A stretch of DNA of 64,000 bases from a virus. A model generated the notes under the pieces. That model was given only the letters and a program-made list of their open reading frames with translations. It made no database searches and was not told the origin of the DNA. Each line of letters starts with the position of its first letter. The stretch's first letter is position 1. Location of the stretch: the UHGV virus genome UHGV-0351052, one strand, 5' to 3'. Positions 20,572 through 29,838 of this stretch are shown in pieces. The position numbers and the translations under genes are program-made.

Positions 20572-20626
20572 TTGTATAGTACCACAGTATGCTTTGGTTG
20601 TAAACCGTTTTGTGAAAAAATTTTGA
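20572..20626 (-). promoter_or_regulatory. T4-type early promoter block, copy 2 (drives motA)
   Basis: Same conserved block (GTTTACA ... TGGTACTATACAACTATCAACTACTGATACAG) upstream of motA. Confidence 0.5.
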
Positions 20627-20635
20627 AATAAAAAA

Positions 20636-20655
20636 GGGAGAGCCTCGGCTCTCCC
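20636..20655 (-). terminator. intrinsic terminator (GGGAGAGC-CTCG-GCTCTCCC plus T-run on minus strand)
   Basis: Perfect 8-bp stem followed by TTTTTTATTT on the minus strand. Confidence 0.45.
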
Positions 20656-20660
20656 TAAAA

Positions 20661-20810
20661 TTACTTCTCGATCGCGATAACTATCGTGATAATACGTTGA
20701 ATTCCGAACGCAAGAAGACCTCCTGCTACGGCTGAAACAACACCTAAACCCGCCAGTAAAATGCCACCAGATACTAATGCAGCGCTTGTAATACCTATGA
20801 ATGGACTCAT
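20661..20810 (-). CDS. small membrane protein (49 aa; start at ATG 20810)
   Basis: MSPFIGITSAALVSGGILLAGLGVVSAVAGGLLAFGIQRIITIVIAIEK; ATGA overlap with gene 52 stop. Confidence 0.4.
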   Translation of the reverse strand: MSPFIGITSAALVSGGILLAGLGVVSAVAGGLLAFGIQRIITIVIAIEK

Positions 20811-22135
20811 TTGATTTCCTCTAAATCTTTGGTGTATTCTGTAACTACACCAGTAGTTTTCCAATATTCGTTTTCTTCTTTTTTAGCTTTAGCTTCTTCA
20901 GCAAGTTTCTTTGCTTCATCGGAGGTCATATGAAAAATATTCATTCCAACTAATTTATCAACATAAGAAGAATACATATCGATTTTCGAAAGTTCTTCGG
21001 TCAGTTCTTTACGAGTTTTACCCTGTACAACAATTTCACCTGAAATTACTTTCTTAATGAAATGTGCCTTGGCAAAGGCTAAACGAAAAGCTGACTCAGT
21101 TTCTTTAATTTTGTTATCAATTCGTTTTTGGACATAAGTTTTACGAACTTCAACGAAGTCTTTAATTAAATCAACTACGTTATCGTAAACTTGTAGCTTT
21201 CCTTTCTCATTAATGACAGTAATATTCTGAGAACGACGCTCAATCAGTCCGAAGTCTTTCATAATTTTTGCATGGCGTTCTTCTTCATTATCGCTCAAAG
21301 AGTATTCTTTTCGGAATTTAACTTTGAATCCAAAACCATGCTCACCACAAGCATCATCCCATGTAATGAAGCCTTTATCTTCAAGCGGGTCTAAGATTTT
21401 ACTCACATAAGTTTCACGATCATACTTATATGGAATCTCGGTGATATGCATTTGAGTTCGTGAAGTAAACTTATATGTTCCACGAATTTCATATTGCCCA
21501 TCAATTTCAACGACTTCACCACGAAATTCTGGGAATTCTACCTTCGGTTTAGTTACTTTCTTTCCTTGAAGAGCTTGCAATACAGCTTTCTTAACAGAAG
21601 AAACACTATGAGGAAGAATGTAAGTTGCATAACCAGTTGCAATACCGGAAACGCCATTAAGAAGAACAGTAGGAATAACAGGCAAATAGAAAGCAGGCGG
21701 AATGTGTTCTTTATCTTGATGTACCGGAGCATATTCAGTATCTTTATATACGTTATAGAAATTTTTACTTACACGAGCAAAAATATAACGACTTGCCGCT
21801 GCCTTTTGGACAGTACGAGAACCAAAGTTTCCTTGACCATCTAACAGAGGAAAGTTATTATTCCAAGTGTTCGCCATCAAAGCACCCGCATCTTGTGCAG
21901 AGTTTTCACCATGGTGATATCCAAGGTCCGCTACACCACCTGCGATAGAAGCGAGCTTATGAAACTTATCTTTATTTCCTCGTGCCAAATCAAGAGCTCG
22001 AGCAATAACAAATCGTTGAACTGGCTTAAATCCATCAATCATATTTGGAATGGCACGATTTTCAACCGTGTACATAGCATAAGCCAATGCTTCATTATCA
22101 ATGATACTTTTTAAATCACGATTATTCAGTTGCAT
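20807..22135 (-). CDS. 52: DNA topoisomerase II medium subunit gp52 (442 aa)
   Basis: GyrA-like N-terminal domain; size equals T4 gp52. Confidence 0.9.
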   Translation of the reverse strand: MQLNNRDLKSIIDNEALAYAMYTVENRAIPNMIDGFKPVQRFVIARALDLARGNKDKFHKLASIAGGVADLGYHHGENSAQDAGALMANTWNNNFPLLDGQGNFGSRTVQKAAASRYIFARVSKNFYNVYKDTEYAPVHQDKEHIPPAFYLPVIPTVLLNGVSGIATGYATYILPHSVSSVKKAVLQALQGKKVTKPKVEFPEFRGEVVEIDGQYEIRGTYKFTSRTQMHITEIPYKYDRETYVSKILDPLEDKGFITWDDACGEHGFGFKVKFRKEYSLSDNEEERHAKIMKDFGLIERRSQNITVINEKGKLQVYDNVVDLIKDFVEVRKTYVQKRIDNKIKETESAFRLAFAKAHFIKKVISGEIVVQGKTRKELTEELSKIDMYSSYVDKLVGMNIFHMTSDEAKKLAEEAKAKKEENEYWKTTGVVTEYTKDLEEIK

Positions 22136-22139
22136 AAAT

Positions 22140-22280
22140 TTACCATACTAGTGAATGTAGTGCCATAATAACATCAGAAATGAAAAGCACGACTTGAATT
22201 AATCCGAACATTATTCCGTAATATAATGCTATCAATAAAATAGCAAGGGCTAATGAATAGCCCAAGATTTTCTTAATCAT
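22140..22280 (-). CDS. small membrane protein (46 aa; 52.1 position)
   Basis: Manual read: MIKKILGYSLALAILLIALYYGIMFGLIQVVLFISDVIMALHSLVW. Confidence 0.35.
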   Translation of the reverse strand: MIKKILGYSLALAILLIALYYGIMFGLIQVVLFISDVIMALHSLVW

Positions 22281-22431
22281 TAGTAGATAACAACACAAAT
22301 GTTAAACATGCACACATACCCTGGGCTAAAGCCTGTGAAAACACACTGCTAGAATCGATACAGATAGTTAAAACACATGCTACTATCCAACAAATAAATG
22401 AAATAACTCCTAATAATTTTGCGATATTCAT
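22273..22431 (-). CDS. ac: acriflavine-resistance membrane protein Ac (52 aa)
   Basis: Manual read: MNIAKLLGVISFICWIVACVLTICIDSSSVFSQALAQGMCACLTFVLLSTND; size and position (52-ac-stp-ndd) as in T4. Confidence 0.5.
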   Translation of the reverse strand: MNIAKLLGVISFICWIVACVLTICIDSSSVFSQALAQGMCACLTFVLLSTND

Positions 22432-22438
22432 ATTTTCC

Positions 22439-22519
22439 TCACTGGCGTCCGAAGACGCCTTTGGTTTTAAGATTGTTACGATAGAACTGCATCACATGTT
22501 CGTTATGGAAATTACTCAT
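22439..22519 (-). CDS. stp: Stp peptide (26 aa)
   Basis: Manual read: [26 protein letters not shown], identical to remembered T4 Stp; ATG overlaps ndd stop (TAATG). Confidence 0.7.
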
Positions 22520-22971
22520 TAATATGCCTGCAAAACAAATTTAAAGTTATCAGCCAACATACGGTTCATTTCTTCAAGTGTTTGATACTCAGAATGATGA
22601 TTACGAGTAAATGCCAAAGCTAACTGACCTTTACCAAATCCCGTCGTCAGAGGTTTCATCTTAGAAGCAGGCAAATAAAATACTGCGTATGGAACATTAT
22701 TATTTGCAATAGTGCGCGCGAGCTGAGACCGACGTTGACGAATATGACTTAGAACTGCACTGAATCCTTGTTTAGAACGCTGATTACCTACATAAAATCG
22801 TGCAGATACGCATGAACCATATGAACCATCGAATTCACTTACTAAAAAGTAAAATCCAGGTTTAGATAAAATATCTTTGTGTGGAGTTCCCAAAAACCAC
22901 TCACCACCCTTGATTGTACCAATAACAGTAGCGCCTGCGTTGTTCAGATCAGTAACAGTCATATATTTCAT
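22519..22971 (-). CDS. ndd: nucleoid disruption protein Ndd (150 aa; start at ATG 22971)
   Basis: [45 protein letters not shown]... matches T4 Ndd; GAGGAAA ribosome site. Confidence 0.85.
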
Positions 22972-23031
22972 ATTAATTTCCTCTAAATTATTTTCTACTC
23001 CAAGGCCGCATGAATACACACGGCCATTAAA

Positions 23032-23247
23032 TTAATCGTCGCAGTCGACGCTCAATTCCCAAAACTCTTCTACAGTATAAGTTTCAGTATCATTTTCAAT
23101 ACAGAAACGTTCATTACTATTATTTTCTAAAGTAGCGTTAACTGTCGGTTTCTCGCTAGTGCTCTTAAGAGGTGAAATACGAATTAACTGATCACCGTTA
23201 TCTAAACAGAAAATTTCACCAACTTTTACATCTTTAAAAATTTTCAT
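23032..23247 (-). CDS. hypothetical protein (71 aa)
   Basis: ORF track; ndd-denB interval. Confidence 0.45.
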   Translation of the reverse strand: MKIFKDVKVGEIFCLDNGDQLIRISPLKSTSEKPTVNATLENNSNERFCIENDTETYTVEEFWELSVDCDD

Positions 23248-23362
23248 AATTCACCTCAAGGAGTATAAAATCCGAATGCAGTTGTTGACCATCCCATCCA
23301 ATATGGAAAATTTGCACCAATGTAAAACATAAGAATATAAAACCAACCGCTCAGCAAATTCA

Positions 23363-23581
23363 TCATTTTACACCGTTCCAAATTGTTTCAACCACGGGTT
23401 TTAAACCATTTTGATGAATATCCATTCCGACTACTGCCATCAAATAGATTCCAACTACAACTGAACCTAAGGCAAAAATCAGCATGAAAATGAATAAAGC
23501 CGGAAAAATATTATCGAAAAACCATTCAATAAATGTAAAAGCACTGCGTTTACGCTTCATATTTTCCTCACATAAATCCAA
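23363..23581 (-). CDS. small membrane protein (72 aa)
   Basis: Two predicted transmembrane segments. Confidence 0.4.
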   Translation of the reverse strand: MDLCEENMKRKRSAFTFIEWFFDNIFPALFIFMLIFALGSVVVGIYLMAVVGMDIHQNGLKPVVETIWNGVK

Positions 23582-23681
23582 AGTAAACGTTTAATACATC
23601 AATCATTAAAACGATTGGGAATATACTCAAAACTATTAGTATTATAACTACATTCCATATAGCTTTAACAATCTTTTTCAT
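23568..23681 (-). CDS. small membrane protein (37 aa; start at ATG 23681)
   Basis: GGAGGAACAGAAAATG ribosome site; ORF-track N-terminal extension overlaps promoter block. Confidence 0.35.
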   Translation of the reverse strand: MKKIVKAIWNVVIILIVLSIFPIVLMIDVLNVYFGFM

Positions 23682-23705
23682 TTTCTGTTCCTCCGTAGTT
23701 GATAG

Positions 23706-23756
23706 TTGTATAGTACCACAGAAGAACAGTCTTGTAAACAACTTTTTTAAAAATAT
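23706..23756 (-). promoter_or_regulatory. T4-type early promoter block, copy 3
   Basis: Conserved block as in copy 1. Confidence 0.45.
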
Positions 23757-23981
23757 TCGTAATAAATGTGAATACCAACTACTACCGCTGAAACCTGTGC
23801 AACCCACCACGCACAAGCAATAAGTACAGAATTCAAAATTTTCATAATAACCTCATCACAAAAGTAAATGTTAAACAAATTACTGGAATACTAATTAACC
23901 AAACAAAACACCACCATAATGAACTCATAGCTCAATCTCAGCGATTTTCATTTTATTCTCCAAATCCGTATCAGTTGATAG

Positions 23982-24036
23982 TTGTATAGTACCACGGTCC
24001 TTGTGGTATGTAAACTGTTTTGTGAATTTTTTTAAA
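23982..24036 (-). promoter_or_regulatory. T4-type early promoter block, copy 4
   Basis: Conserved block plus leader ...CTGATACGGATTTGGAGAATAAAATG. Confidence 0.45.
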
Positions 24037-24589
24037 TGGAAAGATACCATCCGTTGTAGTTGCTTTTTCTTACAACCTTACGAAGGTCTTCTCTGTCACC
24101 GATGAACTTCGGAGTGTACTGGATGACACCTGGATGAATTTCTTTAGTGTTGAATATAATTATACAGTCAGCGACCTGATGATTCAGAATGGGTCCTAGA
24201 TTTATTCCAGAACCATATGGATACTCTCCGCTGCATCCTGTTGTTACAGAAATCCAACGTGAGTCAGTTTGATGTGTCTTAACTTCTACACGAAGCCCGC
24301 AGTATTTTGGATGTGCTAAAACATCCCATGCATACGTGTACGGATCATCGACATCTTCTTGACCTTTGTTAACATAGCCGCTCAACCAATCTGCTACAAA
24401 AAACTCTGCGTACACCGCGATACGGCATCTTTCGATAACTTCTGCTTTATCCTGGTTCGGGTTTTGTTTTAAAGAGTATCTTGCTGTATCAGCAATTTTG
24501 ACCTTCATTTCACTAGTTAAGTCACTGTTCGATAGGGTAAATGTCGGAATCTGAAATAGTCTCTGTAAACCCGGATTCGTTTTCTGCAT
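24032..24589 (-). CDS. denB: endonuclease IV DenB (185 aa)
   Basis: Size and sequence match T4 DenB; AAGGAAAG ribosome site. Confidence 0.85.
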   Translation of the reverse strand: MQKTNPGLQRLFQIPTFTLSNSDLTSEMKVKIADTARYSLKQNPNQDKAEVIERCRIAVYAEFFVADWLSGYVNKGQEDVDDPYTYAWDVLAHPKYCGLRVEVKTHQTDSRWISVTTGCSGEYPYGSGINLGPILNHQVADCIIIFNTKEIHPGVIQYTPKFIGDREDLRKVVRKSNYNGWYLSI

Positions 24590-24851
24590 TTAAACTTTCC
24601 TTTTTACCGCTGAGATAGGCGTTATATACTTTAAGAGTGCCATAATAAATTCGATCATTTTCATCTAAAGAATTACGATCAAGTTCATCGAGATTCTTTT
24701 TGTCCATGACTATAACATCATTGCAGTAAAGAACTCCAAGTTTTTCATGCCCAAATTCGAATTTATTGCAGTACACAATATTAGCATAATGATTACCATG
24801 TAGAGAAATTTCTTTAATTCCGGGATCACCAACATTCATAAAGTGAATCAT
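24522..24851 (-). CDS. hypothetical protein (109 aa)
   Basis: ORF track; 3' end overlaps denB start by 68 nt in another frame. Confidence 0.4.
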   Translation of the reverse strand: MIHFMNVGDPGIKEISLHGNHYANIVYCNKFEFGHEKLGVLYCNDVIVMDKKNLDELDRNSLDENDRIYYGTLKVYNAYLSGKKESLNAENESGFTETISDSDIYPIEQ

Positions 24852-24868
24852 AATTTCCTCTTAAAACA

Positions 24869-24886
24869 AAAGGGCCGAAGCCCTTA
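24869..24886 (-). terminator. hairpin with UUCG tetraloop (AAGGGC-CGAA-GCCCTT on plus)
   Basis: Minus-strand RNA forms a GC stem with UUCG loop followed by a T-rich tract. Confidence 0.4.
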
Positions 24887-24887
24887 T

Positions 24888-25082
24888 TTATTTAAATTGT
24901 GCAATTCTTTTCTCTAAACAGTCAGCATAAGATTTCATTGAGATGAACTGTGAAAGTAGCAGTTCTTGCTCAACTGCACTAACCGTTAGAAACTTTGCGC
25001 TTTCTAAAAATTTGCTCAGTGCATTAATTTTGAGCATTAATTGATCGTATTCTTCTTTTACTCGTGCTTGATAACCTAACAT
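24888..25082 (-). CDS. hypothetical protein (64 aa)
   Basis: ORF track; immediately downstream of rIIB. Confidence 0.4.
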   Translation of the reverse strand: MLGYQARVKEEYDQLMLKINALSKFLESAKFLTVSAVEQELLLSQFISMKSYADCLEKRIAQFK

Positions 25083-25110
25083 AATTTTCCTTAGTTAAGG
25101 GTCGAAGCCC

Positions 25111-26049
25111 TTATTTAAATTGTTCAGTAACGTCTTCAACTACTTCGTATTGGCAGGTACGCATTTTAGCATCGTTGTAATCAATCGGAATTGATACTAC
25201 ATCGCGAGGATGTACTTTAACTTTTACAACTCGACTAGTTGAACTGCCAAAGTGACGAATATAAGATTTAGAACACACATGCAGACCATGAGAACAAGTT
25301 TGTGTATCATCGTCATTCACACGAGTACGTGGCATTTTAACTACTTTACCCGGACTGTTATCAAAGGTGTTTGAGTGACAGTCAAAGTAGTTGTCACGAA
25401 CTACTTTCCAAGCATAGAAGTAACCATCTTCTGTAATTTCAATATCATTTGCTACCAAGAAATCAAAGAGTCGAGATACCGCTTTTTGGCTTGGGTTTTC
25501 CAACAGATTTTCCAAGAACGGAAAATAAAATTCAAAGTTTTCGCCTTTTTCCATCGAGTCAAGAATACGATCAACCAAACCAGACCGCAATTCAATATTT
25601 TGATAGAACAAGCTTCCACCTTCAATTCGAACATCGCCGGAAATATATTTTTCAACAGCGCGACGAACATTAATTTTTTGCGCAGCTTCTTCCAGCTTAT
25701 CCGCTACAAGCAGATTAAGAATTTCCTGGAAGTTTGAATGAGTATTAGGAGTTGCGTTATAAGTTACACCGTCAACAGTAATTGAAATGAATTTTTTAGA
25801 AGCATTCCAAATAATATCAGATTTAGCAACTGGAGCAATAGCTACATCGCTATTAACTTTAACTGTAATATCACCGCTAATAGTAACTTTAGGATGTTTA
25901 GCTTCTTCAGCATTTTTCAAAACACGACGGATTGTGTCAACCGATACACCTTGCCAATCAGCCAATTCCTGCTGGGTGTAATTACCACTTGAATACAGTT
26001 TAACAATTTCAGCTTGTTCGTTTTTGGTCAGGCATTTAATATTGTACAT
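25111..26049 (-). CDS. rIIB: rIIB membrane-associated protein (312 aa)
   Basis: Length equals T4 rIIB; position next to rIIA. Confidence 0.9.
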   Translation of the reverse strand: MYNIKCLTKNEQAEIVKLYSSGNYTQQELADWQGVSVDTIRRVLKNAEEAKHPKVTISGDITVKVNSDVAIAPVAKSDIIWNASKKFISITVDGVTYNATPNTHSNFQEILNLLVADKLEEAAQKINVRRAVEKYISGDVRIEGGSLFYQNIELRSGLVDRILDSMEKGENFEFYFPFLENLLENPSQKAVSRLFDFLVANDIEITEDGYFYAWKVVRDNYFDCHSNTFDNSPGKVVKMPRTRVNDDDTQTCSHGLHVCSKSYIRHFGSSTSRVVKVKVHPRDVVSIPIDYNDAKMRTCQYEVVEDVTEQFK

Positions 26050-26060
26050 AATTTTCCTTA

Positions 26061-28238
26061 TTAGGCCGCAAGGGCCTTCATAGTTTTAGCGATTTGGGAA
26101 ACTTCATCATCACTTAAAGAGCTGCGATAACCGATGAAGTCAGAAACAATACGGAATTTCTTGGTAAACTCAGCAACCATTTTATCACTGTTTTTTGAAG
26201 CATTATTTGATAATACATCAAAAAGATTAGTTACTGTCCAGATGTCATGACCGATGGTATCTCTTCCACCATTAAAATATACACCCTGTAATGAACTAAC
26301 CATATTAGCAAGTCGTGTATATTCTTCAGAAACTTCATCTACACTGAAGTACTTCATCATAAAATCTAACTCAGGATACTTGATAATTTTATCAATATAT
26401 CGTTTAGCTGAACTTGAATAACCTACATACTTATCATAATCTACATCATCAAAAGCATCTACATATAAATCACGCAAAGCTTCAAAAATACATTGGCACT
26501 GACCGAGTTCTTTTATCTTTTTCTGCAAAAGCGGACGAATAACATAAAATTCATTAATGCCAATAAGATTAGCCATACGAATCAAAATATTCATAGATGG
26601 ATGACAAAGAGATGTAGTACCATCCATAGAGAAAATATCAGAACGATGCATATACGCTACATAACCAGTAATTTCATCTGCTTCTGATGTGAGCGTAAAT
26701 AATTCCTCTTTTTCCCAGCGCCCGTCTTTAATTTCAAACTTAAATGCTGTAGCAGCTTTAGGACGAGGAGCTTTACTTTTAACTACCTTTGGAATATAGC
26801 TTTTAACTAAAGCTTCAATTTCTGACAAATAATGAATGTTAACTTCATCACTTTCAAACATCGCCATAATATCAGGGAGTAAATCAATTTGCGATTCTAC
26901 TTCTGGATTAATAAACAGAAGGCGTTCGTTGTGATGAATATTCAAAGTGTTATTAAATTCACTATCATCTAACGCATGTGCTAATCCACGGACAATATTA
27001 ACACGATTTTTAATATTATCAATAACGATATTAATTTTTGTTGTATTAATACCAAACAGACGATAGCTTGATGCAACGGCTGAAGTTTCATGACTTTGCT
27101 TAATGCGCTTCAGTCGAGGGTCAAGATTTACTTCATACACAACCCCTGCATTACATAACTTACTGTCAGGTTCAAACATGCTCTGCATCTTTTTATATGA
27201 CAGATTTTTAGTCGTGAATTTGACTGAATTACTAATCATATAATCTCGAGCAGAATACCCCATCTTCATCAATTCACGATATGTGTGACGAGGAGATGTA
27301 GATTCTTTAAATCGTTTTACATCTTCATTAAATGCTTTCTCACTAAGCTCTTTAACTCGTTCAATAATATTTTTACGAGTACGATCATCCAGTGAAAGAG
27401 CCTCGCGAGATGGAGCAATATCAAGTGAACCCATTGGAAACTTAATGTAATTCACTTCATTGCGAATGCTTAGCCAGTTACGATCTCTAATAACACCATC
27501 GATAGGATAAACAATACCGCCATAGATAGCATATAATCCACCACGATCAGGCCAGTATCTTTCTGGATTTACGCCATAATAATCATCAAAATCCGGAAAA
27601 TAATCAATTTCGCGGTCAAGACCATTAATGATAGCCAAATCTTTGAATGGTCGCATGATATAAGAAACTTCATAAGCAAAGTTTCTAAAGTCTTTTTCTT
27701 CAACTGGAACTACGATTTCAATACCAGTTTTATCATCTGGACCCATTTCTTTTACGAATGTAGGTTTAATCTGTGGACCATCACCATCCATGTAAGCTAC
27801 ATAACCACGAATTTCACCTTTATGATACGAAGTAATACTAAACGTATCAGTATAACTAAATGGAGATTTAGAACCTAAACCAAATCCGCCAATGAAATCG
27901 TTAGATTCAGCCTTAGATGAACTGAAGTATGAATTATACAGACCAGGAGAATTATCATCACCCTGAATATCAAAATCACTCATACCCGGACCAAAATCTC
28001 GACAAACAAATCGCGGGTCTAAACGTCCTGGAACTTGTATGATAAATTTTTCAGGATTTCCATTGAGAGCATGGGCATCAATCATGTTAGTAATCAATTC
28101 ACGGACTACTGCGCGAATCTTGTTTGTATACAAATCAGATGACAGAATTTTAAATACTTTAGGAGATGCAGTAATACTAAATGCTTTTGATTTAGAACCA
28201 TTACCAAGAATTGTTTCTTTTTCAGTGGTGATAATCAT
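26061..28238 (-). CDS. rIIA: rIIA protein (725 aa)
   Basis: Length equals T4 rIIA; N-terminal ATPase-like region. Confidence 0.9.
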   Translation of the reverse strand: MIITTEKETILGNGSKSKAFSITASPKVFKILSSDLYTNKIRAVVRELITNMIDAHALNGNPEKFIIQVPGRLDPRFVCRDFGPGMSDFDIQGDDNSPGLYNSYFSSSKAESNDFIGGFGLGSKSPFSYTDTFSITSYHKGEIRGYVAYMDGDGPQIKPTFVKEMGPDDKTGIEIVVPVEEKDFRNFAYEVSYIMRPFKDLAIINGLDREIDYFPDFDDYYGVNPERYWPDRGGLYAIYGGIVYPIDGVIRDRNWLSIRNEVNYIKFPMGSLDIAPSREALSLDDRTRKNIIERVKELSEKAFNEDVKRFKESTSPRHTYRELMKMGYSARDYMISNSVKFTTKNLSYKKMQSMFEPDSKLCNAGVVYEVNLDPRLKRIKQSHETSAVASSYRLFGINTTKINIVIDNIKNRVNIVRGLAHALDDSEFNNTLNIHHNERLLFINPEVESQIDLLPDIMAMFESDEVNIHYLSEIEALVKSYIPKVVKSKAPRPKAATAFKFEIKDGRWEKEELFTLTSEADEITGYVAYMHRSDIFSMDGTTSLCHPSMNILIRMANLIGINEFYVIRPLLQKKIKELGQCQCIFEALRDLYVDAFDDVDYDKYVGYSSSAKRYIDKIIKYPELDFMMKYFSVDEVSEEYTRLANMVSSLQGVYFNGGRDTIGHDIWTVTNLFDVLSNNASKNSDKMVAEFTKKFRIVSDFIGYRSSLSDDEVSQIAKTMKALAA

Positions 28239-28248
28239 AATTTCCTCA

Positions 28249-28452
28249 TTAATTCATATTACGCTTAATAACTTCAGCAACTTCTAGTAGCTCATCTTTA
28301 GTTGCGGTGTCGGATTGAATTTTATCTCTAATATCTTTAAAGCGGTTTTTAAATTCTTCGGCTTCTCCCATATCGAAAAAGCGTTGAATGATTCTATATT
28401 CTCGATGAACTGCTTTATCAAAAAGTTCTAAATTTACTTTATATGATTTCAT
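28249..28452 (-). CDS. hypothetical protein (67 aa; rIIA.1 position)
   Basis: ORF track. Confidence 0.5.
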   Translation of the reverse strand: MKSYKVNLELFDKAVHREYRIIQRFFDMGEAEEFKNRFKDIRDKIQSDTATKDELLEVAEVIKRNMN

Positions 28453-28509
28453 TTCAATATCCTCATTTGCCCAATTAATTATACCACATCCTTGTGGTAA
28501 AGTAAACTA

Positions 28510-28851
28510 CTGACTCATCCATTCTTTACGAAGGTCAGCATTATCTCCCATGAGCATTTCAAAAAGCTCTTTCCAGTTCTCAGGAAGTTTAACAACATCA
28601 TATACTGGATTTTGAATCATCTCACGATATTCAGATTTTTCCAAAGAGCCAAGTCCTTTAATATAACGGATGCTATGTTTAGGTAGAGCATCTTTGGCAC
28701 TCTCATATTCAGCGACTGTATAAAACCATTCTTGTTTTTTACCGACCTGAGCGATGATTACAGGAGTTTTGACAAAGCGAATTCGTCCTTGCTCAAACAA
28801 TTCTGGCCAATTACTAAAAAACCCGAGCAGAGAAGGATAAATAGAACCTAA
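28510..28851 (-). CDS. 60: topoisomerase II subunit gp60, segment 2 (codons 47-160, resumes at UUA after the bypass)
   Basis: Translation LGSIYPSLLGFFSNWPELFEQGRIRFVK...RKEWMSQ continues T4 gp60; the ORF-track start here is an in-frame TTG. Confidence 0.85.
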
Positions 28852-28901
28852 TCCAATAATCTCTTAATTATGAGGTATTTCTATAGATAGCCCGAAGGCT
28901 A
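28852..28901 (-). promoter_or_regulatory. gene 60 translational bypass element (50-nt coding gap)
   Basis: Take-off GGA (28902-28904), UAG stop (28899-28901), hairpin GAUAGCC-UUCG-GGCUAUC, landing GGA (28852-28854). Confidence 0.8.
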
Positions 28902-29039
28902 TCCATCGTGATCTGCGTCTGTCATAATAGCGACATTCGCATAGTTCATTGAAGAGGATTTAATAGAACGACGAACATTGTTCTGCAATTTATATTTTTT
29001 CATATCAACGCTAGAAGAATCAATTTTTACAAATTTCAT
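28902..29039 (-). CDS. 60: topoisomerase II subunit gp60, segment 1 (codons 1-46)
   Basis: MKFVKIDSSSVDMKKYKLQNNVRRSIKSSSMNYANVAIMTDADHDG then UAG, identical to remembered T4 gp60 N-terminus. Confidence 0.85.
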
Positions 29040-29838
29040 TATACACCTCATAGAACTTTTCATCAGGAATCCAACCGCGTTTAAATTCATTAAATGCTCG
29101 GCCGAATAATTTTGAATTCACAGTTATATTATTAACTGATTTCCATTTAGCAACTCCCGTTCGTTTATAATGATCGGGGTCATATTTCGTGACGTACCAT
29201 TCATATAAATTTGGTATTAATTTTACAGCCTCTGGATTTGTCGCTGATTTATTATACCATGGTTTCGCTTTTTCAAGTTCAGCTGCTTTTGCAGTAGCAG
29301 CAACAGTATTTCCAATACCAACTAATTTTTCAGCTTTAATGCGTGGATCATTAACATGAAGACGAAAAACTTCGCCTTTTTCATTTTTAAAGCATGTCAT
29401 GCCTTTAATTCCAGGAAGCTTAACACCTTTATTAACACCGCACCATTCCTTTGGGTTAAATGATCCTTTAATTAATAAGGCGCATTTACCCGATTTAATA
29501 CTTCTCATTAAAACTTTATCTTTCATAAAGTTTTTTGACCATTCAGATACTGCTCTTTGATGGTAAATTCTAGCAATTTCATATAATTTACTAGAACGTA
29601 AATATTTTTCAGTGTTTAACATTCTATTCATCGCATATGCCATTTCACGATTACGATGAATTTTATATAGTAGAAAATGTGCTAAAAAGTGTTCACGAAA
29701 AGTCAGTTTCACCAAATTTTCTTTATCATCAGAACCTCCCATTGATCTTGGAAGGATATGATGAATTTCACCCTTAAATTTAGAAACGCGGGTTTTACCC
29801 CGCACTATTAAGTCATTATAGATTTTTTCGTAATTCAC
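29020..29838 (-). CDS. mobA: HNH homing endonuclease MobA (272 aa)
   Basis: HNH motif EIHHILPRSMGGSDDKENLVKLTFREHFLAH; located between 39 and 60 as in T4. Confidence 0.8.
   Translation of the reverse strand: MNYEKIYNDLIVRGKTRVSKFKGEIHHILPRSMGGSDDKENLVKLTFREHFLAHFLLYKIHRNREMAYAMNRMLNTEKYLRSSKLYEIARIYHQRAVSEWSKNFMKDKVLMRSIKSGKCALLIKGSFNPKEWCGVNKGVKLPGIKGMTCFKNEKGEVFRLHVNDPRIKAEKLVGIGNTVAATAKAAELEKAKPWYNKSATNPEAVKLIPNLYEWYVTKYDPDHYKRTGVAKWKSVNNITVNSKLFGRAFNEFKRGWIPDEKFYEVYNEICKN

Noticed and set aside
21494-22114. Plus-strand ORFs (116 aa, 73 aa) inside gene 52
   Set aside because: Antisense to gp52; no ribosome site.
25375-25981. Plus- and minus-strand ORFs overlapping rIIB
   Set aside because: Embedded in rIIB in other frames.
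28899-29090. 63-aa ORF reported as a separate gene
   Set aside because: Its first 17 codons are an upstream extension overlapping mobA; the real product is gp60 codons 1-46 starting at 29039 and continuing past the UAG by bypass.
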